64,000 bases of DNA from Picochlorum sp. SENEW3. Its lineage: Eukaryota. Position numbers and translations under genes: made by a program. How positions within the stretch are numbered: position 1 is the stretch's first letter; each line of letters begins with the position of its first letter. Where the stretch lies: positions 1 through 64,000 of the forward strand of contig CP120459.1 in NCBI GenBank assembly GCA_034226945.1, read 5' to 3'. The notes below the pieces were generated by a model. That model saw nothing but the letters and a program-made list of their open reading frames with translations, ran no database searches and was not told the origin of the DNA. Positions 35,854 to 47,373 of the stretch are shown here, in pieces.

Positions 35854-36915
35854 TCATCGCATGTGTGCTGAAGGATCCTTTGTCAGGATTGCCATCCTGG
35901 CCTTGAGAATCAAGAGATTGAATATTCGGCTCTTCCTCAGCTTTGGAAGGTACTTGAAACAAAGAACAGTGACAGCGATCAAAAGGGAAACTTGAGAGAG
36001 ACTGGGCATGGCACCTGCATGGGCATCAGCTGTGATTGACCTTCGATAATCAAAGTCAAAGTCTTCATCGTCCAAATCAAATATCAGGGGGTCATACTCA
36101 ATCCCATCTTCTGCAAACGAGATGCAACGCTCCACCTGGTTCGATGTCCAAGCGGGAAACGTGGAGCATCTTGCTTTCAGTTCTGGAATGATTTTTGTAT
36201 TGAGTATGTGCTCAAAGTTCATTTCCTCCTCCTTTTGTGCTTGTTCCTCTTCTTCTTGCTTCTTCTTCTTGGCAGCCTCTGCTGCTGCTTCCTCCTCTTG
36301 CTTCTTCTTCTTGGCAGCCTCTGCTGCTGCTTCCTCCTCTTGTTTCTTCTTCTTGGCAGCCTCTGCTGCTGCTGCTGCGTCCTCTTCCTGCTTCTTCTTC
36401 TTGGCAGCCTCTGCTGCTGCTGCTGCTTCCTCTTCCTGCTTCTTCTTCTTGGCAGCCTCTGCTGCTGCTGCTGCGTCCTCTTCCTGCTTCTTCTTCTTGG
36501 CAGCCTCTGCTGCTGCTGCTGCGTCCTCTTCCTGCTTCTTCTTCTTGGCAGCCTCTGCTGCTGCTGCCGCTTCCTCTTCCTGCTTCTTCTTCTTGGCAGC
36601 CTCTGCTGCTGCTGCTGCTTCCTCCTCTTGTTTCTTCTTCTTGGCAGCCTCTGCTGCTGCCGCTTCCTCTTCTTCTTGCTTCTTCTTCTCGGCAGCCTGT
36701 TCCCCTTCCTCTTGATTCTTCAACCTCCTTCCTCCATATCGCTCTGAAGCAATCTTCTCTCCCAATCTATCCCCTTGTTCTTCCAACACAGTTTTGATCG
36801 AATCTCCATTTGCTGGAAACTGTACAGAAGCTGCGTCAGACCCTTCGACCTGAGCTAGTATCAGAAGCAGACCACAAACGAGAAGAAAAACCCAGGGAAT
36901 AATCCGTCCTCCCAT
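35854..36915 (-). CDS. Signal peptide plus KKKKQEEEAAAAAEAA repeat plus C-terminal TM protein
   Basis: Hydrophobic N-terminus, ~10 charged helical repeats, TM LLIAVTVLCF followed by a basic tail. Confidence 0.8.
   Translation of the reverse strand: MGGRIIPWVFLLVCGLLLILAQVEGSDAASVQFPANGDSIKTVLEEQGDRLGEKIASERYGGRRLKNQEEGEQAAEKKKQEEEEAAAAEAAKKKKQEEEAAAAAEAAKKKKQEEEAAAAAEAAKKKKQEEDAAAAAEAAKKKKQEEDAAAAAEAAKKKKQEEEAAAAAEAAKKKKQEEDAAAAAEAAKKKKQEEEAAAEAAKKKKQEEEAAAEAAKKKKQEEEEQAQKEEEMNFEHILNTKIIPELKARCSTFPAWTSNQVERCISFAEDGIEYDPLIFDLDDEDFDFDYRRSITADAHAGAMPSLSQVSLLIAVTVLCFKYLPKLRKSRIFNLLILKARMAILTKDPSAHMR
36245..36697. repeat. Coding tandem repeat, 48-bp unit (two 42-bp variants), ~10 copies
   Basis: cttcttcttcttggcagcctctgctgctgctgctgc(g/t)tcctcttcctg repeated near-identically. 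Confidence 0.95.
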
Positions 36916-37572
36916 GATGCAACATGCAATTGGTGTATATAGGTAAGGGCCGTCCGCTCCCTCGATACGTTTCCAAGAGAGAAATCCAACAATCAAATGG
37001 TCACACGTGTCCTCTTCCTGATAGACTACACTAGGCGGCTACTCACCCTCAACCCTGTGATACTATCCGAATATTCTGAACAAATTTGACAAATACCTGA
37101 ATGAATTTGGTAAAGAAGATATTGAACACTTTCTCAGGACAGGATGACGGAATCTTAGTGAGAAAGGCGTACAAGGGTATTCGTCAGGTCCAAGAACCAG
37201 CATGCACATATGTGCTTTTACTAAACTCATGGAGTTGCATGTGTCTGCCGCATGCAAAGGTCATGCGTTTGAAACCTCGTTTCGCTTCTGCTTCGCCTGT
37301 AAAACAACAGCATCTCGCAGCTGTGCATGATGTATGAATTCTCATTTGCGAACTCGAATATTGGCATGTGTGAATTCAAGTTTGGCAGCTGCTCGATTGG
37401 GAATCTGCAGATTCCGCTCTTTCCAGATTCAGTGGACTGATCAGAACAGAGCAAAGAATTCATGTTTCAGTATGTAGCAAAATACTGATGTTTCAGTTTC
37501 TTTTTGAGAATAATAATAGGAAATTCTTGTGAGACAGGACATTGAATTCTCTCTTTGAGGCAAGAAGCAGCA

Positions 37573-39040
37573 ATGGCCAGCAGTGCTGGGCAAAATACGT
37601 CAAAAATTCTCACCCTAAACGCTGGAAGCTCTTCTTTGAAATTTAAGATATATGAATTTGTTTCCCAATCATTGAATCCATTGGCATGGGGTGTTTGTGA
37701 GCGTGTTGGTGAACCCAAAGAGTCTACGTTCAAGGTTGGTTGTCTCTCCTTGTATTTTTTGGCACGTGGTCGTCGCCTCATTGAAGAATGGTTCCGTGTA
37801 GGCGTTTTGCAGGGATGGGAGTGAGGATGGAGGTCAGCGACCTTTCGGAGATCACGCTGCTGCCCTTGATGCTGTATCAGACTATCTGCAGGGCAAATTT
37901 AGCAAGAGTATCGCATGGGAAGTGGCTGGCGTTGGTCATCGGGTGGTTCATGGGAAAACTATCAGTGATCCACTAATGGTAACGTACGATCTGGTATTTT
38001 TCCTTCGACACGGGATGGGAACTGTTTTTGTGCATGTCAACAGCGTGGATGCTATGCAGGGCAGATGTCAAAAAACTGATACAGGACGCATCAGACCTGG
38101 CTCCGCTGCATAATCCAGCCAATGTAAAAGGTATCGATGCTGCAGAAAAGACATTTCCCAAAGCTGTGCAGGTAGCGGTGTTTGACACGGCATTCCACCA
38201 GACCATGCCACCAGAGGCGTACACGTATGCTCTTCCGAAGGAGATTTGTGATTCCTACCATCTCAGAAAGTATGGATTTCACGGAACGAGTTACAAATAT
38301 CTATGTGGAAGGGCAGCTGCTATGGTGGGAAAATCTGTGGAGAATTTCAACGGAATCATGTGCCACCTTGGCGCAGGTGCATCCGTCTGTGTTGTTCAAA
38401 ATGGAAAATCTATCGACACGACAATGGGATTGACGCCTCTTCAAGGACTTATGATGGCTACTCGTTGTGGTGCGTGTATTCAAATAAGTCTGTTGTATCT
38501 TTCCAGTGATGTTTCCTGATCCACTCTCAATGTATGTATGCAGGCGATGTGGACCCCTCCATTGTTGCCTTTCTAGATTCCAAAGGTATTGACGCTCAAC
38601 ATGTAGAGGTCATGATGAACAAAAAGAGTGGATTTTTAGGTCTTACTGGGCAAACAGATATCAGGGAGGTGCACAAGAAGGCTGATGCTGGAGATGAAGA
38701 TGCTTGTCTAGCCCTGAAACTGTTTGCTCGCCGGGTAAAAAATTACATCGGCGCATATATGTTCCAATTGAATGGAGATCTTGATGCTATTGTCTTCACG
38801 GCGGGTATAGGCGAGCATGACTCGGCGATGAGGACAATGATTTGTGACAGCATGGGTTGGGCTGGTGTTGTCCTCGACACAGATTTGAATGCTAGTAAAG
38901 AAGCAACTTCGGGCGAGAACTCGGTTGCGATTCATCATTCAACTTCTAAAGTATCAATTTTAGTGATGCCCACTGATGAAGAGGGCTCTATTGCCGAGCA
39001 AACTTTGGCTGTGATGAAGCAGGAGCACTGTGCCATGTGA
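37573..39040 (+). CDS. ACK: Acetate kinase
   Basis: LNAGSSSLKF, GHRVVHG, APLHNP, VFDTAFHQT, YGFHGTSY, CHLGAGAS, VFTAGIGE, PTDEE; introns. Confidence 0.97.
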
Positions 39041-39386
39041 CCTGGATTGGCGACATGGTTCTGATCGATCGAGGCCTCGGTGCGACCGTCACGTCAACGC
39101 ATGCATACGGTAACAATCCGATTTCCCAGGTCCTTGAAAATTTTAATTCCGGCACATCTCGGCCGTGTATTTTGAAATATTTGTAATCTAGTCGCTACCT
39201 TTCAAGAAGAGAGCCGTGTAGTGGTAGTCCTGAGACGACTCCCTTCTACCGACGACCTTCTCGTGCAGGCTGTGCGGTTTCGGGCGTCGAAGCAGTGAAA
39301 AGTACTGTCGGTCATAGAATTGAGTAGAACTGTTATTATTGGTTGATTGGAGGCGTGTCGTTGGCGAGGGCTGATTTTATTGCGCC

Positions 39387-40685
39387 ATGAAAACCCCCGG
39401 GGAAGACAACCCCGACCACCAGAATGATGCCCAGCTGCTTGATTTAGAGTACTGGCCACAGTTGGATCTCGCCCCAGAACTGTTTAATTTGGAATGGATA
39501 GGCGGGGAGCAAGAGCACCACCATATCAACGGGCCACTTCCGGGCAGCCCGCATCAGGGCAAGCTCGGAATTTCACTGGATGGAAGCCGTTTGGTCAGCA
39601 GAGGAAGCCCGAAAGAGCATAATGATGAAGTAAAACGGGACGTGGAACCAATGCATGTGGTAAGTTTGCATTCTTGGAGCTCTGCTTCCACGATGGTCCA
39701 GAGTAATACCTTTTTTTTCTTGCAGGTGGATGATATCGCAATATTTCAGGACGTTGATCGTGGGATGGATTTACAATTGGACTGCGGCGAAGATCGGAGT
39801 TTTATGGAGAACATGGATTCCGGTCTTGAAGAGAGAAAGCAGAGAAGACGGGTGCAAAGCAGTTCCAAAGCCAGGTTGAGATGGACTCCAGAGTTGCATC
39901 AAAGATTTGTGGGTGCCGTGCACTCGTTGGGTGGACCAGAAAAAGCAACACCAAAAGGAATTCTGAATCTCATGAATGTTGAAGACTTGACGATATATCA
40001 CATCAAAAGCCATCTCCAAAAATACAGGCTAAATATCAAAGTACCTGGAGAGGAAAAACACCGCAGGGAAGAGGAAAAAGAGTCTGTGCAGAAATCGAAA
40101 AGACGCATTTCAAGAAAGAAGAGTACTCAGCCAGGACTGGATCATCAGGGAAGTCTTGACAGAGAAGGTTCCCTGCCCCACAAGGCTAGCACCTCTGTGC
40201 AACAAACAACATCAATCGATTCGTTGACCCAGCGGGGAAGCGTAGAGGAGCATCGGATACAGTTAGAGCGAGCTTTACTCGTGCAGATGGAAATGCAAAA
40301 GAAACTTCACGAGCAACTAGAGGCACAGAGGAAGCTGCAGATGAATCTCGAACAGCATGGCAGGTATATATCTTCATTGCTCGAGAGCACTGGCCTGGCT
40401 GGTACAGTACATGGGTCCCAGATCGATGAAAATGGAAATAAAAAAGCAGTTCCAGGTGATGATTTCGGGAACCTTAAGACAAGTCTGAACAGCATGGGTA
40501 TGAGTGCTGAAAAACTGAAAAACTTGTACATAAAAAATATTGGCAGCAACATATCTGCAGCACCATCGTCAGATCACTTCTCCCACAGTATCTTGATGAA
40601 CGGGGAACTTGCTGGAGCTCCTGGAGCGCAGAAAGGAGGAGATTATTACATTCAGGAAGAGCCTGGAGGGAGGGATGGCAAATAG
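39387..40685 (+). CDS. PSR1: MYB-CC phosphate-starvation regulator (PSR1/PHR1-type)
   Basis: RLRWTPELHQRFV..LGGPEKATPKGIL..HIKSHLQKYRLN and QMEMQKKLHEQLEAQRKLQ. Confidence 0.85.
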   Translation: MKTPGEDNPDHQNDAQLLDLEYWPQLDLAPELFNLEWIGGEQEHHHINGPLPGSPHQGKLGISLDGSRLVSRGSPKEHNDEVKRDVEPMHVVSLHSWSSASTMVQSNTFFFLQVDDIAIFQDVDRGMDLQLDCGEDRSFMENMDSGLEERKQRRRVQSSSKARLRWTPELHQRFVGAVHSLGGPEKATPKGILNLMNVEDLTIYHIKSHLQKYRLNIKVPGEEKHRREEEKESVQKSKRRISRKKSTQPGLDHQGSLDREGSLPHKASTSVQQTTSIDSLTQRGSVEEHRIQLERALLVQMEMQKKLHEQLEAQRKLQMNLEQHGRYISSLLESTGLAGTVHGSQIDENGNKKAVPGDDFGNLKTSLNSMGMSAEKLKNLYIKNIGSNISAAPSSDHFSHSILMNGELAGAPGAQKGGDYYIQEEPGGRDGK

Positions 40686-40939
40686 GCATTTCCAAACGTC
40701 AACTCAATTTTTTCATGTATCTTTTGTGCTTTTGAGCAATGTTTGGATCCATTATGATATAGTATATAAATATTTTCATTCGATGGATGCAATTCTACAA
40801 CATCCCGACGATGGGGTATGACGATTAGATCATCCAGTTGTTGGAAGGTGAACAAGTTTCATCTACGTCTTTGGATGCAACGACACATCCCAAACATGTA
40901 TTTAATCTTTATTTTTTTGAATTGCAAGGGTCGAAACTC

Positions 40940-43484
40940 ATGAGACACACTGTCTCGTGTCTAAGAAGGTATGTGACCGGTTGATGCAGCATGAGAGGCT
41001 TGGGTCCAATTTATTTCGTCACGGTTGCGGTTTGCAGGTTACAAGGATCACTGTTTGGCACCGTATCGAGATCAGGCTTCATCCCCACATCGCGACATCT
41101 TTGCATCGACGAGTCTGCTGGCAGAATGTCAGATTCGATCATTGTGACAAACATATCTGGGACTGGTGGAATATCACCAATCATCCTTGGATTGTTTGAA
41201 TATTTTCAGGTGTGTTCATTTTGATCGGTATCGTGACTACCCGTGTGCATGAGCCTAACGGTTTGCTGTTTTTTTCTAACTCAGAGGCATACACCTAGCG
41301 TTGGGTATTTTTTACCAATCGCCAAGCCCAAGAGCGACCGAGACCCTTATTCTGAGAGACTGCACCTCATCAGGTCAGAATTTAAATTGGAGGATGATCC
41401 CGACAGCATGCAAGGCATTCTGGAGAGCGAGGCAGAAGATATGCTTGCAAATGGGCAGAGTGATGAGTTGGTAGAGAGGATATGGTCCAAATTTTCAGAG
41501 TATAAACGAAAGAAAGGGATTGTGATCATTGAAGGCATTTCTGTGTCTGGGGTGAGTAACGAGATAGAAATCAATGGACGGCTAGCAGCAGACTTGGGCT
41601 CTCCTGTACTCATGGTCTTTGATGCCATGGACGACGAAAGCCTGACCTCTACAGAGATACTCACGAAAGTTCAGATTGCGAAAAAGAAATTTATGGACTG
41701 TCATGCAGACCTTGTGGGTTTGGTATTAAATCGCGTTCCAAAGAAAAACGTGCACAAATTGACGGCAGAGATGGAAGAACTTGCTGCCAGAGAGCACAGT
41801 TGTGCATTTGCAGGGGCCATACCGTCTGACTACATCCTGCAAAGCCCGAGGTTGAACGAAGTTGTGACGCATCTCAAGGCAAAGTGGTTATTTGGCGACT
41901 TGGAGGATTCTGACGTGGATGCGAGTCAGATGATGGTCGCCGCCCAAGACGTATCTCATCTGTTCAAAAAGATTGAACATCTCACAGAGATTCGGCGAAA
42001 GGAGGGCCTGCCCTCTGTCAGACCACTGTTGCTCACGACGCCTGATAGGACGGATATTCTCTTGAAGCTAGCTGCAGCGCATGGAAGTTCAACAGGACCA
42101 AACGTATCTGGTGTGCTGCTGTGTGACGCCGACCAAACGGCTCTCGATAGCCATGTGAAACGAATTTTTGCTGCATTCCCACACATATTTCCTGTGTTTG
42201 CTGCAAAGACAGGCCTATATGAGACAGCAAATCGTGTATCACATGCTCATACTCGTATCATACCAACCTCTACAGCAAAAATTAACAGATCCAAAAGGCT
42301 ATTCAACGAGTACATCAACACAAAGTTGATTGGAAAACGTCTTGTACTTCCCAAGTCAAGCAAAATCACTCCAAAACAGTTTATCCATGAAATTCACGGT
42401 GCATGCAGGGATAATAAGAAACATATTGTTTTACCAGAGGTATGAAACTGTCCAGGGCGTGATAACAATGCCCTTTGGTCTGGCGTCCTAAACTGAAAAA
42501 GATGTGTTCCATTTGCAGGGCCAAGATCGACGAATTTTGCAGGCAGCAGCTGAAATCACCACAAAAGGTTTGGCAGACATAACATTGCTCGGTGATCCAG
42601 TTGAAATTGTTGCATCAGCTCGCAAATTTAATGTGGACATTTCAAAGTGTGCCATCATTGACTATCTAAATTCTCCGTTGAAAGAAAGGTTTGCAAAACT
42701 CTGGAGTGAAGAGAGGAAAGAGAAAGGAGCAACGTATGAGACCTCTCTGAACCTGATGGATGATTTGAATGTATTTGGAACTATGATGGTAAAAGATGGC
42801 ATGGCAGATGGCATGGTCAGCGGTGCAATGTGTACGACAGCAAACACAATTCGCCCTGCACTCTCAATACTGAAACAACCGGAGAAAACGCTCGTTTCTT
42901 CGGTGTTTTTGATGTGCCTGCCTGATACGGTGCTGGTATACGGAGATTGTGCAATCAACGTGGATCCGACCGCAGAGCAACTAGCACAGATTGCCGCTAC
43001 TTCTGCAGAAACTGCGACCAGTTTTGGTGTGGATGCCAAAGTTGCCATGCTGTCATATTCCACCCTGGGATCAGGTGCTGGCCCAGCCGTAGAGAAGGTC
43101 AAGCGTGCAACAGAAATTCTGAAGAAGGATTATCCAAACCTGAAAGTGGACGGTCCCATACAGTACGATGCTGCGATAGATCCACAAGTGGCCTCCACCA
43201 AGGTGAAGGAGAAGAGCGATGTGGCAGGGAAGGCGACAGTCTTCATTTTCCCTGATTTAAACACAGGAAACAACACTTACAAGGCAGTACAGCAATCTAC
43301 AGGAGCACTTGCCATCGGGCCACTTATCCAAGGCCTGGCGAAACCTGTGAATGACCTGTCAAGGGGCTGCACTGTGGCAGACATTGTAAATACTGTAAGC
43401 TGCACAGCCATCCAAGCAATGTCATCTTCTGTCGTGATGAACAGGTTCTTGTCGCGTGTCAGCACATTTAGATTAGTCGACTAA
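40940..43484 (+). CDS. PAT: Phosphate acetyltransferase, long form (BioD-like/DRTGG plus PTA domains)
   Basis: KHIVLPE|GQDRRIL, GMVSGA..TTANTIRPAL, DGPIQYDAA, FPDLNTGNNTYKAVQ, KPVNDLSRG; start exon inferred. Confidence 0.95.
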
Positions 43485-43538
43485 TTCACTGCTATATTTG
43501 TTGTGCTTCATTTTGTTACATACGAAAAAATGGTAGAG

Positions 43539-44041
43539 CTACTCAGCTGGGGTATACAGTCCAGCTTCAACAAGGACATACTGGCGGGCCTTTGCTAGAC
43601 GAGCCTTACGGCGTGCAGCGGTATTCCTGTGCAAAATCCCTTTGACTACAGCTTTATCAATCACCTGGTAAGCCTCACTCATCAGTGTGCTGACAGGTTC
43701 GAGATCACTCTCACTCTTTGGTGGGTTGCCTTTGAACTCCTCCAGAGCTGTAAAGACCTTCTTCATACGGGTAGCAATCTCAGATTTCCTGGACTTGTTA
43801 TACATGCGATTTCTTTCGGTTGTTCTCTGTCTTTTGAGGGAATTCTGCTTGGCCTCGATAGTCAGGCGCCCCGTAGCGGCCACAGGAGAGACTCGAGAAA
43901 CAGCTGCACACATCAATGCAGGCGGTTGATTAGTATTTTGACAGCATGTATATCACATCAGGGGCTACCATCCCACAATGCATCGACGAGAATCCGATAA
44001 ACTGCCCTCCGCATGGACGGCAAGGTTGCATAGGCGGACAT
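43539..44041 (-). CDS. rps20: Plastid 30S ribosomal protein S20
   Basis: KRQR..RNRMYNKSRKSEIATRMKK, IDKAVVKGILHRNTAARRKARL; 5' exon uncertain. Confidence 0.92.
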
Positions 44042-44493
44042 GGCTATTCTGTCCATGTTTCAATCAATTGACAATTTTATGGACGTACCATTTATTTTCT
44101 GTCCAGCCAAAGCAGAAGAAAATCCACCAGACACAACCTGGGGACGAGGAGTCCCGGCCTGTGGTCGTGACAGCCGCAGGGTGCCGAAAGAAGAAATCAC
44201 ACTCGCCACAGCCATGTTGTAGATATTCTTCGCTATTCAATATACGATTAATGTAAAATGTGCTATGTGGCAGCGATGCTTTCCATAGATTCAGGACAAT
44301 GCGCGACATGGCAGCAGACAGAGACGGATACCGAAAGTTATCTCCCATCCAACAATCTATTGGATGGGAAGAAAAGTCGTATCCTATGGGTTGTAGTAGA
44401 GATGCCATGTCTTGATTTCATATCAGGATGGCAGCCCAATTGATATGTCGGTAATTTATTATAGAAAAGTATCTGTATTCATCGACGATAGAT

Positions 44494-45355
44494 ATGATGA
44501 TGCTCGCAACTCTTCCAAGTGTCGGTGGCGTTGCAGTGCGACCCCCTGTTCAGCATGGCAGTAATACTCGCGTGACTGCCTGTCGCATTAATACAATGTC
44601 AGGTAAATCTAATGGAAGAAAACCATCGGTCCGAGCCAATGCAGCAGCCTGGGTACGAGTTTGTGATTCTTGGGTACTACAATACGACAGAGTGCCCTTG
44701 CGGTCCTTGAGCAATCGTCTAATATCGATTCTTCGACATGCAGGATCCCGAGGGGCTGTACAAAAAGACTCCTGAGATGTCAGGTATTATTGATCGCAAG
44801 CTGATGGGTAATAGGGCAGATGAAGACAAGAAATCAAAGAGTGTGATGGAGACGTTCATGGCTGCACACAAGGAAGAGGTCAACATGCGAAGGGAGTCCA
44901 GAATAGTCCCAGAAGATCCCTACGAACTTGTCGAGTTTTTCCTAGAGACTGAAGCGACAGATATGAACTTTGAAGTTGCACGTTGTCGGCCCAAGTTGGA
45001 TGAGGACTTTTTTGCCATGCTGAACAAACAAATTGGCATTGAGAAAATCTCACCAACTCCCGATGAAGAGCGTGTGACAGAACTCGAGATGCTGAGGGAC
45101 TACTTGACAGAGGCAGTTGAAGCAGTGGATACCGCGACTCAGCAGGTATCTGCTGCCCCAGAGAGGCTGAAGAGCCTCTTGGAGGCTGCAAACAAGAAGG
45201 AAAAGCTCAGAGAAATGGCCTCGAACGGGGAGATTGACCAAGCCTTCATGGATCTGTTGGAGCAAAACATCGAAGGCGCGCAGGAAGCTGGACGAGAAGA
45301 TGTTGCCGAATTCATGACAAAAGTACGCCAAGCTGCTGGCAAATTTATGATTTAA
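44494..45355 (+). CDS. Uncharacterised plastid-targeted helical protein
   Basis: Transit-peptide exon; LVEFFLETEATDMNFEVARCRPKLDEDFF. Confidence 0.65.
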
Positions 45356-45366
45356 ATAGATGTAAA

Positions 45367-45882
45367 CTACTCGATATCTGAGCTCGCGCTCTGCGAACTG
45401 TATGATGACCTTGAGTACGATGAATACGAGCTATACGAAGCAGATGATCCACTGGGATACGAGCTATACGAACTTGAAGAATACGAACTCTTGCTCGTGC
45501 TCCTAGACGAATAACTCCTACTACTTCTGCTTTTGCTCCTACTTCTGCTCCTGCTTCTAGATGTAACCTTGTTCGTACCGCCCTTGTTCGTCGCACCCTT
45601 CACCTCCTCCCTTCCACGTGGTGCACCATGCCCCGATTTAAACTCATCCGGCACCTCTGACGGATCCAAATACGCCTTCCTCTTATTGGGACGCAACAAC
45701 TGCTTCGTCCTTGTCGGTCTACTCGTATATGCAGCCTCATTTTTGCATTGATATGTCCAATGGCCTTTCTGCAAACATTTTTGGCACACAACACTCTGGT
45801 TATCGAACGGCCTTCTCCGCCTGCTGCTGTCCCGTTTAAAACGACCAGTGTTATGGGAGCTTCCAGTCCCCAGTAAAGGCAT
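45367..45882 (-). CDS. ZCCHC10-like zinc knuckle with RS/Ser-rich tail
   Basis: CQKCLQKGHWTYQCK..YTSRPTRTKQL; SRSRSRS. Confidence 0.85.
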   Translation of the reverse strand: MPLLGTGSSHNTGRFKRDSSRRRRPFDNQSVVCQKCLQKGHWTYQCKNEAAYTSRPTRTKQLLRPNKRKAYLDPSEVPDEFKSGHGAPRGREEVKGATNKGGTNKVTSRSRSRSRSKSRSSRSYSSRSTSKSSYSSSSYSSYPSGSSASYSSYSSYSRSSYSSQSASSDIE

Positions 45883-46144
45883 GAGAGACTTGATTGATTC
45901 ATATGATAATAACACTAAAAAAACAGCAATTGCCCATGGATGTGTCTCTGTGGAAGTTCAGAATTTGGTTTATTCCTTCCTTCAAATGAAACGAAATCGT
46001 TCCTTTCGAAAGGACCCGGCGCCGGGTCCGGACCGAAATGATGGATCAAGCCAATATTGGTTCATTCATGAATTGGCTTGCAATGATCTTGATCCAAATC
46101 GTATGGATGAGAGTTCTCATTCGAATGAACTACAAGGGAAATTA

Positions 46145-47053
46145 ATGAATACGTTAGGAAGTATGAAATCAGTCACTAGCCACAAGGTATCGATAACGCC
46201 AACACATGGCACTCGTTGTCAATTTGGAAGGATGCGGGCGATTCCTCACCATCCACTCTCCTGTGGATCTAATGCAATAGTTCATCACTGGGTGAGGAGG
46301 GATCGCATTGTCATCCATCGGATGGCGTCGGTAAAGTGTTCTGCGGAGTCAGTTGGTGGGGTTGCACAGAACTCTGTGAGTGTCGTCCTCCTCGCAGGGG
46401 GCGTGGGAAAGAGGATGGGAGCCCCTATTCCCAAGCAATACTTGGAACTGCGTGGGAAACCAATCGCAACCTATAGCTTGGAGACGTTTTCAAAAATGCC
46501 CTGCGTGGGAGAGGTGGTTGTTGTGTGTGAGGATGAATGGAAGTCTGTCTTTGAAGAATGTCACGAACGAATCGGAAAGGTCAAGCCTTTAAAATTTGCT
46601 TCCCCTGGTGCTGAGAGGCAGGACAGCGTGTTCAATGGGTTGCAGGAGGTTTCTCCAAGTGCAGATTTGGTAGCAATTCATGACTCGGCCAGGCCCCTGG
46701 TACGAGAGAGCGACGTCATGAACTGCATTGTGGATGCCACAGAGGTGGGTGCAGCTGTCCTGGGGGTTCCAGTCAAGCCCACCATCAAAGAGGCAGATGA
46801 GCATGGGATGGTGGTGAAGACTCTGAAGAGGTCTGTTCTGTGGGAGGTGCAGACTCCCCAGGTTATACGGCCGGCTATGCTTGCCCAAGGATTTGATCTG
46901 GTGAAGAAGGAGAATTTGGAGGTGACTGACGATGTGTCCATCATAGAGGCCATGGGTAATCCGGTGCGGATTACAAAGGGCTGCTACACAAATATCAAAG
47001 TAACCACACCAGAGGATATGGCCGTAGCAGAGGGATTTTTGGATGAAGAATAA
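46145..47053 (+). CDS. ispD: 2-C-methyl-D-erythritol 4-phosphate cytidylyltransferase (MEP pathway)
   Basis: LLAGGVGKRMGAPIPKQYL, ERQDSV, IHDSARP, VQTPQ, NIKVTTPED; start approximate. Confidence 0.96.
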   Translation: MNTLGSMKSVTSHKVSITPTHGTRCQFGRMRAIPHHPLSCGSNAIVHHWVRRDRIVIHRMASVKCSAESVGGVAQNSVSVVLLAGGVGKRMGAPIPKQYLELRGKPIATYSLETFSKMPCVGEVVVVCEDEWKSVFEECHERIGKVKPLKFASPGAERQDSVFNGLQEVSPSADLVAIHDSARPLVRESDVMNCIVDATEVGAAVLGVPVKPTIKEADEHGMVVKTLKRSVLWEVQTPQVIRPAMLAQGFDLVKKENLEVTDDVSIIEAMGNPVRITKGCYTNIKVTTPEDMAVAEGFLDEE

Positions 47054-47373
47054 TAATGTTATACTATGTTTCGGTGTCTGTAATGTATTATTTCATGATG
47101 AAGACCCGATGTGGTGGGTGGGAGTGTGTGTAGGTTGGTTGTCATGAAGAAACACCCACGCGCATCCTTGCCTGTTACCAAGGCTCCACATTATCGAAAA
47201 TATTCAAAGTCGTCGCCTTTTTTGATCCATGTGCGTGTGTCTTGAGTGCGATGGTTGGTTTGTTGGCAGTCTCGTTGGACATACCTGTGGTCCGTCGTGG
47301 GCTCGGCGGACATACCCTCCCTTGATGTCATGACATTATATAAAGTCTTGTGCTAAATATTTGTTGCACGGGG

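Noticed and set aside
36245..36697. CRISPR-like array
   Set aside because: Head-to-tail coding tandem repeat with no unique spacers, in a eukaryotic context
36122..36797. Plus-strand ORFs rich in Ser/Cys/Leu
   Set aside because: Shadow frames of the minus-strand 48-bp coding repeat
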